Virus record (IMG/VR): IMGVR_UViG_3300032232_000305
Coordinates: 1 to 41,128 of that record
DNA length: 41,128 nt
Strand: one strand, 5' to 3'
Origin: a virus
Lineage: Duplodnaviria; Caudoviricetes
In this document: piece after piece, positions 19,078 to 27,866 of the stretch
How positions within the stretch are numbered: position 1 is the stretch's first letter
How the letters are laid out: each line of letters starts with the position of its first letter
Made by a program: the position numbers and the translations under genes
Notes under the pieces: generated by a model
What the model was told of the DNA's origin: nothing
The model's database searches: none
The model's input: the letters and a program-made list of their open reading frames with translations, nothing else

Positions 19078-21231
19078 TTAATCTACTTGTACTGCACTAA
19101 GCTTTCCTGCTTTTGCAGCCATCATTTCAAACATATTGTCCGTTCCAATATCTCCAGTCTGTGCCACCAACAATCCTGCCTTGGCATCAGTTTCTTTGAT
19201 CTTGGCATTGTTCAAATCTGTTTTAGATTTGATTTCTTGCTGTTCTGCGCTAGGAGGTTGCTGAGATTTAGCTTGAGCAATCTTTCCAGCTTCTTCAATT
19301 GTCGGTAGGTAAGCGTCTACGTCTTTCACTCCAAGCACCCGCAAAGTATCCTCAAACGGACGACGAACTTTGACAAACAACTCAGGAACGCTTGGGTCAA
19401 GCTGGGCAACTGCTTGAGCAAATGCCTGTTGAGCTTGGATAATCATTTGTTGGCGAGTCAGACGGTTTTCATCAGACATGAATCCCAAGGCCAAGTCAAT
19501 GTTAATCAGCTTACGGTCAATAAACTCAAAGTTATCCACAGACTTAGCATCCATGAAAGGCTGTCCGTTCAAACAGGTATTAGCCAGTTGCTGGATGTTG
19601 TAGTCATCAGCGTATTGAACCAACGTTTTCCAGATGATGTAGATCACATCACGCAGTCCAATAGCGCAGTTCTTCACCATCTCATCTTGGATCAACTGGT
19701 TTGGCCCCATAGCCAATTGCAGCTTGTAACCGCTGTTACCGTCCTTCATCACTTCTGGATTAAGAACGTCATTGGGGCTAGTCATTCCAATCATTGCCAT
19801 CTTGTCGCCTTCAAAGCGCTGCATGGATGATTGAACGTAAGCCAGGTTACCCTGCATGGGTTGGAACTCAAAGATGTGCTTGTTAGGATCAAATTTGCGA
19901 TCCAAGATAAACATGGCACTTACACCACGCTGGATTTCCTCGGCATCCAAGAACTCTGGGTTTACACCGATCCTTGGGGTAGAGGCTTGCATGGCAAATG
20001 CCATTTCTGCCCTGCGGATAGCGGTAGCGTATTCCTGCAAGGGAACCAAACGCTCACCCAAAGAGTATCCAAAGAAGTTGCCCACAATGGGCTTTGGACA
20101 CATATTTGCCAGAGGAATGAACTCGACTTCCTTGACGTACAAGATGTAAGAACCAGAGAAGCAAGCTTCCACGATTTCTTCTTCACCGTCACCGTCAATG
20201 TCCTTACGAATCCAAGCGGTAGTCAACATAATGACTCGGCTGTACCGGTCAGCACCTTGGGAAGCAATTACTCCCTGTCCTGGCACTGGAGTAGAGTCAC
20301 GCGCATGAAGGGCTAGGTCGTTCTCCAAAGCACCAGCTTGGTAGGCTCCAGCAGGGCCGTAGGCGGCATGGTCAGCCAGCAACTCTAGGTCTACAAATGG
20401 AAACTGAGCTTTGCACTCATGGATCGTCATTGGATCGTAGAAACCAACAAAGTCCTGATCCGAGATGTTTGAAATAGTAGGATTGCAAACAAAGTAATGT
20501 TGGGCAACGTGCTTAATACGGATATTGGTTGAATAACCGGTCAGCTTATATTTGGCTCGGTATATAGTGTTGTTGCGAATGGATTCAGAGATCTCATCTG
20601 TTTCCTGTTCTTCAGGCTGCATTTGATCCTGCATAACGCCTTCAAGATTAACGTCTATCTTACGCATACTCTGACGTTTGGAGGTCAGTCCTTTTTCACC
20701 GGCAAGGGTTTCAAAAGTGCGCAATTGGTCGCGTGTTCCTTCGACTTCCTTGTACTGCGTAATAGGCTCGCGTACAGGGGAAATCATCACAATCCCGTTC
20801 TTGTGCAACAAAGAATCCTGCGCCCAATCCCGAATGATCTGGTAGGAATCATTCTTACTGTTAAGCATATATTTGACCATTTCGGTGGCTTGTCGAGCTT
20901 GGTCGCTGTCGGATTCAGCAAACCGTTCAAACTCAAAGTTAACCTTACCGTTGGGCATCAAGCACTTGGTAATAATCGCAGTGGCATAGTCAATGCCAGG
21001 GGTTACTACAGGGTGAATGTAGTCAATACCTCGTACCGGCTCGGTAGAGTTTGATACCGGAATATTGAGATAATGGTAATCGCTAAAACGATTAAACGTA
21101 TTTTTAGATTGTGTTAGTCGAAGATAATCGACCATCTTGACGTAGATTTCATGGACAGTTTGCTCCGTGATTCCACGATTCCCCGTTGGGCTTTCTAGGC
21201 TTTCAACAACCAGATTCTGTTTATCGAGCAT
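19078..21231 (-). CDS. Portal protein
   Basis: 717 aa immediately after TerL; Gln-rich helical C-terminus; typical podophage portal size. Confidence 0.85.
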   Translation of the reverse strand: MLDKQNLVVESLESPTGNRGITEQTVHEIYVKMVDYLRLTQSKNTFNRFSDYHYLNIPVSNSTEPVRGIDYIHPVVTPGIDYATAIITKCLMPNGKVNFEFERFAESDSDQARQATEMVKYMLNSKNDSYQIIRDWAQDSLLHKNGIVMISPVREPITQYKEVEGTRDQLRTFETLAGEKGLTSKRQSMRKIDVNLEGVMQDQMQPEEQETDEISESIRNNTIYRAKYKLTGYSTNIRIKHVAQHYFVCNPTISNISDQDFVGFYDPMTIHECKAQFPFVDLELLADHAAYGPAGAYQAGALENDLALHARDSTPVPGQGVIASQGADRYSRVIMLTTAWIRKDIDGDGEEEIVEACFSGSYILYVKEVEFIPLANMCPKPIVGNFFGYSLGERLVPLQEYATAIRRAEMAFAMQASTPRIGVNPEFLDAEEIQRGVSAMFILDRKFDPNKHIFEFQPMQGNLAYVQSSMQRFEGDKMAMIGMTSPNDVLNPEVMKDGNSGYKLQLAMGPNQLIQDEMVKNCAIGLRDVIYIIWKTLVQYADDYNIQQLANTCLNGQPFMDAKSVDNFEFIDRKLINIDLALGFMSDENRLTRQQMIIQAQQAFAQAVAQLDPSVPELFVKVRRPFEDTLRVLGVKDVDAYLPTIEEAGKIAQAKSQQPPSAEQQEIKSKTDLNNAKIKETDAKAGLLVAQTGDIGTDNMFEMMAAKAGKLSAVQVD

Positions 21232-21232
21232 C

Positions 21233-22825
21233 TTAAATCCTTTGTGCCTTGCCTTCTAACGGGGTTAGTCTACGGAAAGTAAAGTTGTTTGAACGGCTTA
21301 CCACAGATTCCCCATGACCTTGAATTAAGGCGAGTATACCAATACGAGCAGAATCTATATGATCGTCAGGATCTGTAAACTTTCCGTGGTCATCAATAGC
21401 ATAGTTTCTAGCTTCATCTAGGAATTGTACGCAAGATTCGTTTATCAGGAAAGTCCCACGTTCCATACCCATACGCATTATATTAATCCCGTAGGATTTG
21501 TGGTTGGTAACTTTACCTTGGTCGTTTGGTGGGTTAAGTATTGCACCTGGGATGCAGTTTAGGCTGTAGCTGTCCTCAAAAACCTCACGAACAGATTGTT
21601 CTGTCAAAGTGTATCTACCCGCCAAAGTTGCATCATGGGGTAAAGCAATAGGCACGTTTCGGGATTCACGATCCAGCAAATAGTGGACGTACTCGTCTGG
21701 AGTCTCACCCTTATCAACTGTAATTTGTCGGTGAAGATATATTTTCTCTTCGACAGGATCGCGGAAGAAAAATGAAATAACTGTTGGATCATTTTTAATT
21801 CCTAAGTCAAAAGAAATTAATCTTTCTAATTTATCGTTTTCTCTTAGGTCAATGTCAGTAGCTTTATAAGTAGGCCACTTCAACAATGGGAATACTACAC
21901 CTTTTCCAACCAAAGGTATACCGTTCATACGGCATTCTCGCTCCCAAGGCATAAAGTCTCGGGCTAATTGCTCCCGTTCTTTTTTGGAAAAGAATACCTC
22001 GCCCCACTCGTTCTCATAAGGAATATCGTCCCAGGTTACCCGTACATGGCAGTACCCCTCAACGTTATCCCAGAACTTTCTAACTAATCCTGAGAGTCCC
22101 TTGAGTGGGGTAAATGAACAGATAACCTGTCCGTCTCTAGCCGCTGTACGGACAACAAGCTCTGAGAATGTTTCATCTGGTGGCTGCTCGTCCAGCACAA
22201 CGAGGTCAAGTTCAAACCCTTGGAGGTGTCGGACTTGCTGTGTGTAGTTGGAGAAGTAGAGTTTGGATTTCCCACCGGAAACGTGCCAGACTTCAATAGC
22301 CAACACGTTTGCTCCGTCCGTGCGTATGGATTTTTCATCTATTTTGTCCCTAGGAATTGAACCAGAACCCAGCTTATAAGCCTGCTTAATATCGTCGCAT
22401 CCAAGTAATTTGGACTGTAGCGTTTTTGCAACCTGCTCCCAGGATTCACCCGCTGCCATAGCAATAATTGGCTTATCCCAACGCTTACCCTTCCAGTCAT
22501 CAGGATAGATACCCGTCAAGTGATAGGCAGTCTCGTAGGTAGAAGCAATTGTTTTACCCGCCCTGTTTGCTGCGATCATTCCCCTGCGGGTATGCGTTGC
22601 ACCGGTATCAAAAAACTTCTTTTGGTAATCAAAAGGCTTAAACCATTTGATGGCGTTGAACTGCATATCGTATGCAATTTTTTCAGAAGCAACCTTCATT
22701 GCCCGAAGTTGGTCAGCATCAAGATGCTTTAAATACTTCTTGCCACCAGCAAGTTCAACAAGATACTTTAACGAACGGTTTTTGTAGACCGGAAGAATGT
22801 AATCACTAGCTTCACTTCTTGCCAT
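21233..22825 (-). CDS. terL: Terminase large subunit
   Basis: Walker A AANRAGKT, Walker B LVVLDEQP, coupling motif SFTP, nuclease acidic residues SFDLG...D and DDHIDSARI. Confidence 0.95.
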   Translation of the reverse strand: MARSEASDYILPVYKNRSLKYLVELAGGKKYLKHLDADQLRAMKVASEKIAYDMQFNAIKWFKPFDYQKKFFDTGATHTRRGMIAANRAGKTIASTYETAYHLTGIYPDDWKGKRWDKPIIAMAAGESWEQVAKTLQSKLLGCDDIKQAYKLGSGSIPRDKIDEKSIRTDGANVLAIEVWHVSGGKSKLYFSNYTQQVRHLQGFELDLVVLDEQPPDETFSELVVRTAARDGQVICSFTPLKGLSGLVRKFWDNVEGYCHVRVTWDDIPYENEWGEVFFSKKEREQLARDFMPWERECRMNGIPLVGKGVVFPLLKWPTYKATDIDLRENDKLERLISFDLGIKNDPTVISFFFRDPVEEKIYLHRQITVDKGETPDEYVHYLLDRESRNVPIALPHDATLAGRYTLTEQSVREVFEDSYSLNCIPGAILNPPNDQGKVTNHKSYGINIMRMGMERGTFLINESCVQFLDEARNYAIDDHGKFTDPDDHIDSARIGILALIQGHGESVVSRSNNFTFRRLTPLEGKAQRI

Positions 22826-23009
22826 ATTGATCTCGTATGTCTAAGAAGATTTGAGCAGCCCTTGCAAAATAATAGACTTCTTCGGCAGAAAGTTTACGCA
22901 GAGTCTGGAGGTCTTTTTGAAGTATCTCCAAACTCTTTCTCGCGCACACTTCTGCCTGGGTAGACAGTCTGTCATTGAAGACCGAATGGATGTCTTCCAT
23001 TAGGCCCAC
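22812..23009 (-). CDS. Hypothetical protein
   Basis: 65 aa, overlaps both neighbours in the operon. Confidence 0.55.
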   Translation of the reverse strand: MGLMEDIHSVFNDRLSTQAEVCARKSLEILQKDLQTLRKLSAEEVYYFARAAQIFLDIRDQYGKK

Positions 23010-23641
23010 GGATCAGCAATATTCTTCTGAGAAATACTGACAATATCCCGATCAATTAGATTCCAAACGCCGCCGCCTTTTTCGCCAATCAGGTAGGTAT
23101 ACAGACCCCGACCTTTTTCGGTGAAAGTGCCATCAGGACGTTTCATCATTAGTTCTTCAGTACGAGGATCAATCCAGCTAATGCGCTCTGGAGTGGGTTG
23201 CCCGTACTTATTGATGCGAGTGCCAATAGCAACTTGCTCTAATGGGCCCATTACTTGATAAGTAATAGCACCATTTTCAAACTTGCGGAAATTGATCTGA
23301 ACCTTCTTGTCCGATTGTGGGTCAAGAGGGTGAGGCATATTAGTTGCCCCAAAGAAATGCACCTGTGAATCAGGAGGTGGCAAGTCTTTATTGCGCTCTG
23401 GCAATTTACGAATATCGTCAACAGGAACTAATTCCTTTTTGTCAACATAAGGATTCTCGTCAGTCACAAACTCTGTAGGAACCTTCTTTCCTTCCAGAGC
23501 ATTCTTTGCGACTAAGTATTGATCCTCTTTAGGTTTACCAATAAGGTCAAGAGAAATCCCAACCTTGTCATAGACAAATTGGGTTAACTCTTTAGCCGTG
23601 GGTAAATCCGCTTTCAACGAAGCAATATCATACGATGCCAT
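23000..23641 (-). CDS. Hypothetical protein
   Basis: 213 aa with an AAGG RBS in the late operon. Confidence 0.7.
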   Translation of the reverse strand: MASYDIASLKADLPTAKELTQFVYDKVGISLDLIGKPKEDQYLVAKNALEGKKVPTEFVTDENPYVDKKELVPVDDIRKLPERNKDLPPPDSQVHFFGATNMPHPLDPQSDKKVQINFRKFENGAITYQVMGPLEQVAIGTRINKYGQPTPERISWIDPRTEELMMKRPDGTFTEKGRGLYTYLIGEKGGGVWNLIDRDIVSISQKNIADPWA

Positions 23642-23652
23642 ACTATACCTTT

Positions 23653-23874
23653 CTATACTTTTGCTGGGACTGACGGGGTTTTAAACTTACCACCATTACT
23701 AACGTTATTTGTCGTTTGGTCAGACAAATGACGAACTGTAAAAGCTTGACGAACTGCACTTGCAACTGTTTCACGCCGACCGTTTTCAGAAGCATGACCT
23801 TTGAGCTTATCGTTGATGCCTTTAGAGACACCCTTACGCATCTGCTCACCACCGGAAATTACTTTGCCGTACAT
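23653..23874 (-). CDS. Small basic protein
   Basis: 73 aa, Lys/Arg/Gly-rich, GAGG RBS. Confidence 0.65.
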   Translation of the reverse strand: MYGKVISGGEQMRKGVSKGINDKLKGHASENGRRETVASAVRQAFTVRHLSDQTTNNVSNGGKFKTPSVPAKV

Positions 23875-23881
23875 ATAAACC

Positions 23882-24166
23882 TCACTTGAGATAATTGGTT
23901 GTCGATTTGCTCATGTAGCCATCGTTGTGGCAAGCACCATCATAACCCTTGGGCTTACTAAGCATAACCTTTTGGTGGATGCCGGTGATAGAACCAGTAG
24001 CTTTAGGAGCGCCTTGATTGCCAGCAGGTTGCATCAGACCACCCAGCTTGCCAGTAACGGCAGTAACGCCAGAACTGTGAGAAGCTTGCATTCGACCAAT
24101 GTTTCCAACACGATTAGGCGCTTGAGCCATTAGAGTCGGTGCTTTGTTACCAGATGTGTAGCTCAT
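23882..24166 (-). CDS. Small basic Gly-rich protein
   Basis: 94 aa, ATGA overlap with the upstream ORF, AAGG RBS. Confidence 0.65.
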   Translation of the reverse strand: MSYTSGNKAPTLMAQAPNRVGNIGRMQASHSSGVTAVTGKLGGLMQPAGNQGAPKATGSITGIHQKVMLSKPKGYDGACHNDGYMSKSTTNYLK

Positions 24167-24309
24167 TTTGAACCTTTCCGTTTGTTTTCTGCGTCACGTT
24201 TAATTTGGTACGCAATAGCCACCGCCTGGTCTTTAGGCTTTCCAGCCTTAATCTCAGTAGCAATGTTCTTACCTACCGCTTTCTTGGATTTTGATTTAAC
24301 CAGTGGCAT
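24163..24309 (-). CDS. Small basic protein (48 aa, missing from the ORF track)
   Basis: [48 protein letters not shown]; AAGG RBS; ends in an ATGA overlap with the next gene. Confidence 0.75.
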   Translation of the reverse strand: MPLVKSKSKKAVGKNIATEIKAGKPKDQAVAIAYQIKRDAENKRKGSK

Positions 24310-24310
24310 T

Positions 24311-24769
24311 TTATACCTTACGAAGTGAATTCATAAAATCATCAAGAGCATCGTCCGCACTCATCTCATCTTCTTTATTGATGTTTTGAATGTGTTCAAT
24401 GGAAATTATAGGCGCTCTTGAAGACTCAAACGTTGCCAGCTTCTCGGCAATCTTAGATTTCTGCTGGATGTCCAACTCGTCCGATTGCATAGCCTCAATC
24501 AAAACCTCCATAGCTGTCTTCAACGGCGGAAGACCTTTAGCCATGTGAGCATCATTCAATTGGTTAAACAAAGCCCCATACTCGGTCACCCTGTTAACAA
24601 TGGACTTAGGACGACCCTTGGGATTAAAACTCTCCCGAGGCTCCACCTTACCCGTAACCAAACCCATAGCCCGTTTCTCTGCCTTCTTCTTGGCGTACTG
24701 GTCACGAGCATACTTTCGTTGCTTCTCAGTAGTAGCCAGATGACCCTCGGGCTTTATTTCGTCAAGCAT
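24311..24769 (-). CDS. Putative terminase small subunit
   Basis: 152 aa upstream of TerL; basic NPKGRPKS motif followed by helices; call rests on position and motif. Confidence 0.5.
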   Translation of the reverse strand: MLDEIKPEGHLATTEKQRKYARDQYAKKKAEKRAMGLVTGKVEPRESFNPKGRPKSIVNRVTEYGALFNQLNDAHMAKGLPPLKTAMEVLIEAMQSDELDIQQKSKIAEKLATFESSRAPIISIEHIQNINKEDEMSADDALDDFMNSLRKV

Positions 24770-25254
24770 TTAATACCCTCTTCAGTCCGTATCCAGGCAT
24801 AAGACCCATTTACAGTAAATCCACGTTTTTTGTGAATCTTCATAAACACCTCAAACTCAGGACGAATACTAGTTGAACAAATAATCGGCACACCATTACT
24901 ATACGCCCACAAAATATGTTGGTCAATCATCTCGTTGATTAAACGTATTTTAACCCTAGCACTCAGTCCGTGGTCAACATGGTGAAACTTCGCATTCGAT
25001 ATCTCTTCCGTCGAATATGTCGTATATCCGTGCCGATCATACCAACAGTACCCAACCATCTTACCCTCGTCCCGACAAACCGCCAAGAACTCCTTCGTCC
25101 TGTCAAAGATCTGTAAGGTAGCAACCATAGTCACATTCTTACGAAACAGGTCTTTACTCTTCTTCAAGACCTCCCCCGTATCCACAAAGTACCCATCTGC
25201 CATATCTACGATATCTTCCACATCCTTCAACGGATGAGCTAATGTCCATTCCAT
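24754..25254 (-). CDS. GNAT-like acetyltransferase
   Basis: FLAVCRDEGKMVGYCW beta-hairpin and C-terminal FMKIHKKRGF fit the GNAT pattern; start moved to ATG 25254 after AAAGGA. Confidence 0.55.
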   Translation of the reverse strand: MEWTLAHPLKDVEDIVDMADGYFVDTGEVLKKSKDLFRKNVTMVATLQIFDRTKEFLAVCRDEGKMVGYCWYDRHGYTTYSTEEISNAKFHHVDHGLSARVKIRLINEMIDQHILWAYSNGVPIICSTSIRPEFEVFMKIHKKRGFTVNGSYAWIRTEEGIKCLTK

Positions 25255-25727
25255 GTCTATTCCTTTCAACGTTGAAAAGTTTTTGTAGAAATTTTGGGAA
25301 TGGTTGAGTGGGCCCCCCTATTTTCACCCATATCCAGTCCTACCCCCCTCCGATTCTACACACACAAACCAGGTGGGGGGGGGGATAAACGTATTCGTGG
25401 GGGGGTCTCGAGGTGAGAAAGCTCGAGGAGAGGGGCGCATCACTTTTGCATTTTGAGCGGAACGGAGAGCGAATCGGAGACATGGCGCAAGCCTACAACC
25501 CTGTGTGTCTGTCCCTATACGATTTACTGACTCTCTCCAATGAAAACCTGTCCTAGATGCTAGGGTTTGCGCGAGATAATCAACGTATATATCTGATGAT
25601 ATTGGCTTAGGGTTTCGTTGTTTTTCTTTTTTATTATGTGTCGGTTTTCCGTATACTATTTAAGCATTTTTGAATTCATAAAGAATCAAGCTCATATGAC
25701 AATTCTATCTAAAGAAAAGCACTAAAC

Positions 25728-25800
25728 CTAGGGTTTTCCCTAGTACAAAAAACGTTTCTTTACCCTGACACTACGGGTGTGCAATATCGCACTACAGGAG
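25728..25800 (+). promoter_or_regulatory. Palindrome CTAGGG-TTTT-CCCTAG and putative promoter/RBS of the isolated plus-strand block
   Basis: Perfect 6-4-6 inverted repeat at 25728-25743, then an A-tract, a -10-like GACACT, a short hairpin and AGGAG before ATG 25809. Confidence 0.55.
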
Positions 25801-25808
25801 AAACAACC

Positions 25809-26033
25809 ATGCAATATCAACCTTCATTCAATATCTGGGACGTCCCTACACCCTTGTACAAGCACCTCCAGCCAGGACAATGGATATACGCTGGGGACAG
25901 GGACAACAAGGGTGTGTTCCTAGGTGTCAAGCCATCGGGTGTGGTTGTGTGTGCTTGGTACAAAAATGCCAAGGCCCAGGGTAACTTCGGTGAATATATT
26001 AAAACCCTGCGCAACTATGCCAAGGGTGTTTAA
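25809..26033 (+). CDS. Hypothetical protein
   Basis: 74 aa from the ATG after AGGAG. Confidence 0.7.
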   Translation: MQYQPSFNIWDVPTPLYKHLQPGQWIYAGDRDNKGVFLGVKPSGVVVCAWYKNAKAQGNFGEYIKTLRNYAKGV

Positions 26034-26063
26034 ACGTTTTATTTTTAATCAGGAGAATATTTA

Positions 26064-26828
26064 ATGACAACTACTAATCCATTTAAAAACCTATTAAAAA
26101 ACGAGGGTTTATTATATAAACGTATTTTAGGCACATCAAGCACTAAAACCATCAAGGGTGAGAAACTAGGATATTTAACTGCGATTGTATATCTCACACC
26201 CGATGGCGAGATATGTCCGCTCGCAAAATCAGCGGGTTGTTTAATACCATGTCTTAAGAGCGCGGGACGTGGTGCGTTTAATAGTGTTCAAGAGGCTAGA
26301 TTATCTAAAACGTTATATTATAAAAATAATAATCGCGCATATATGCTGTCGTTGTGTGCAGACATATGGACAATGGCCAATAAAGCACAGAAACTAAAAA
26401 TGCAGTTATTGATACGTTTAAATGGTACAAGCGATATTGCATATGAAAATATTATTGTGCTTGATGGGAAAAACGTATTTCAATTATTCCCTGAAATACA
26501 ATTCTATGATTACACTAAACACCCATCACGCAAGCTTGCGAATAAAACGTTTGATAATTATGATCTGACATACTCATACAGTGGCATCACACCCGATAGC
26601 ATTACTCTCAAGGGTATTCAGAATCCGGACAATTCTCGTGTTGCTGTCGTGTTCATGCGCAAAGAGGATATTCCCGCCACATTTAGGGGCTGGGATGTGA
26701 TCGATGGGGATGATACCGATGTGCGCCATATCGAGCCTAAAACTGTCGTTGTGGGCCTGTATGCCAAGGGTAAGGCTAAACACGATATGAGCGGGTTTAC
26801 TCAAATTAAGGGTGTGCATTATGCTTAA
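26064..26828 (+). CDS. Gp88-like protein with a Cys triad (radical-SAM-like Fe-S candidate)
   Basis: CPLAKSAGCLIPC (Cx7Cx3C), RLNGTSDI, FYDYTK and IDGDDTDVR motifs; strong AGGAG RBS. Confidence 0.65.
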   Translation: MTTTNPFKNLLKNEGLLYKRILGTSSTKTIKGEKLGYLTAIVYLTPDGEICPLAKSAGCLIPCLKSAGRGAFNSVQEARLSKTLYYKNNNRAYMLSLCADIWTMANKAQKLKMQLLIRLNGTSDIAYENIIVLDGKNVFQLFPEIQFYDYTKHPSRKLANKTFDNYDLTYSYSGITPDSITLKGIQNPDNSRVAVVFMRKEDIPATFRGWDVIDGDDTDVRHIEPKTVVVGLYAKGKAKHDMSGFTQIKGVHYA

Positions 26829-26910
26829 ACTATTAATTAATATTTTTCAAGCTTGCATTGTGGCATTTACTTTATGTTTTAGTTTCGTTTTATATTTTTG
26901 GATGATGTAA
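26821..26910 (+). CDS. 29-aa hydrophobic peptide
   Basis: MLKLLINIFQACIVAFTLCFSFVLYFWMM; overlaps the gp88-like stop; single TM-like segment. Confidence 0.45.
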   Translation: MLKLLINIFQACIVAFTLCFSFVLYFWMM

Positions 26911-26912
26911 TT

Positions 26913-27077
26913 ATGTCTAATTTACACCCATTATTTCAAATAATACTTAAACCCTACGCGCCACCAGTGCCAAGCCCTACACCAGAGCAAATCGATGCTG
27001 CAATGCTTGCCGATAAATTGAATGATGGATATTTTCAAAGGCAAATAGCAAATGCTATAAAACTAGAAAAGCTTTAA
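26913..27077 (+). CDS. 54-aa hypothetical protein
   Basis: MSNLHPLFQIILKPYAPP...KLEKL; fills the gap before the terminator. Confidence 0.55.
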   Translation: MSNLHPLFQIILKPYAPPVPSPTPEQIDAAMLADKLNDGYFQRQIANAIKLEKL

Positions 27078-27085
27078 ATAATATC

Positions 27086-27111
27086 ACCCGCCATTGTGCG
27101 GGTTTCTTTTT
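27086..27111 (+). terminator. Rho-independent terminator
   Basis: ACCCGC-CATTGT-GCGGGT followed by TTCTTTTT. Confidence 0.85.
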
Positions 27112-27328
27112 CGTGCGACCGTGCATCGGTGCGCGTGTGCATAGGTGCGCCCATTTTCAGGGTGCAAGCCTAGGCCCAGGTGCGCCCAGATACAGGGAAA
27201 GCCTTAAAACGCCGTTTTTTGCGTTTTAATGCTTGGGTGCTACATTGTCCTGTCCAAGCCAATAAAGTGCCATAAAACGTTGTTTTAAGCCGTTCTAGGG
27301 GCATTCTATGCTTGGGTTGTTGTTGCGT

Positions 27329-27465
27329 TGTGTGCGTGTGCGTTGTGTGCGCATGATATGCGCGTGTGATGCGCGGGTGTGTGTGTGTGCGTGCGCTCGC
27401 GTGTGTGCGCATGGGTGCGGGTGCGCATGGGTGCGCGGGTGCGGGTGTGTGTGTATGCGTACACG
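27329..27465. repeat. Low-complexity TG/CG alternating tract with five GGG runs
   Basis: Runs such as GTGTGTGTGTGTGCGTGCGC; GGG at 27413, 27419, 27429, 27437 and 27443. Confidence 0.9.
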
Positions 27466-27506
27466 GGAGAAATCTAGACCCCCCCTCCCCAAAAAATTTG
27501 AAGTGC

Positions 27507-27866
27507 TTATCTCAGAAAGGTCAATTTGTATGTTGTTTGGTCAACCAAAGCGGCAATTTCATCACAGATGTTCTGGATCTCGCTGTCTTGGGGAAGCTGC
27601 TGTCTGCCTTCCGCAAAATACTGTCCAAAAACCTGAAGCTCTTCTAGCCCCGTGGCTGCTGGGCCATGATAAGCAGTCGGGAACTGTAGGATTGTTTGGT
27701 ACTTTCCTTGCATTGCCTCCACCAAGCTATCTACAAGGTCGCTCAGTTTGTCGTAGAAGTCGCCAAGGGCTTGATGTTCGGACAACGTTTTTGCTTGCCA
27801 GTGCAGAATATGCGTGTTAGTAATCGTATGGAGAATGCTCAGAATGAAGTCGGCTACAGCGTCCAT
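27507..27866 (-). CDS. Ferritin/Dps-like four-helix protein (DUF5856-like)
   Basis: THILHW...EHQALGDFYD...LVDSLVEAMQG and C-terminal DEIAALVDQTTYKL; start moved to ATG 27866 after AGGA. Confidence 0.75.
   Translation of the reverse strand: MDAVADFILSILHTITNTHILHWQAKTLSEHQALGDFYDKLSDLVDSLVEAMQGKYQTILQFPTAYHGPAATGLEELQVFGQYFAEGRQQLPQDSEIQNICDEIAALVDQTTYKLTFLR

Noticed and set aside
205-22732. Numerous plus-strand ORFs of 60-200 aa opposite the structural genes
   Set aside because: They are antisense shadows of long, codon-biased minus-strand genes, lacking RBSs and recognisable motifs.
27170-27820. ORFs rich in Cys/Val/Arg or His/Thr/Ala across the TG tract
   Set aside because: These are translations of a dinucleotide-like repeat with no RBS, and some overlap the Dps-like gene on the opposite strand.
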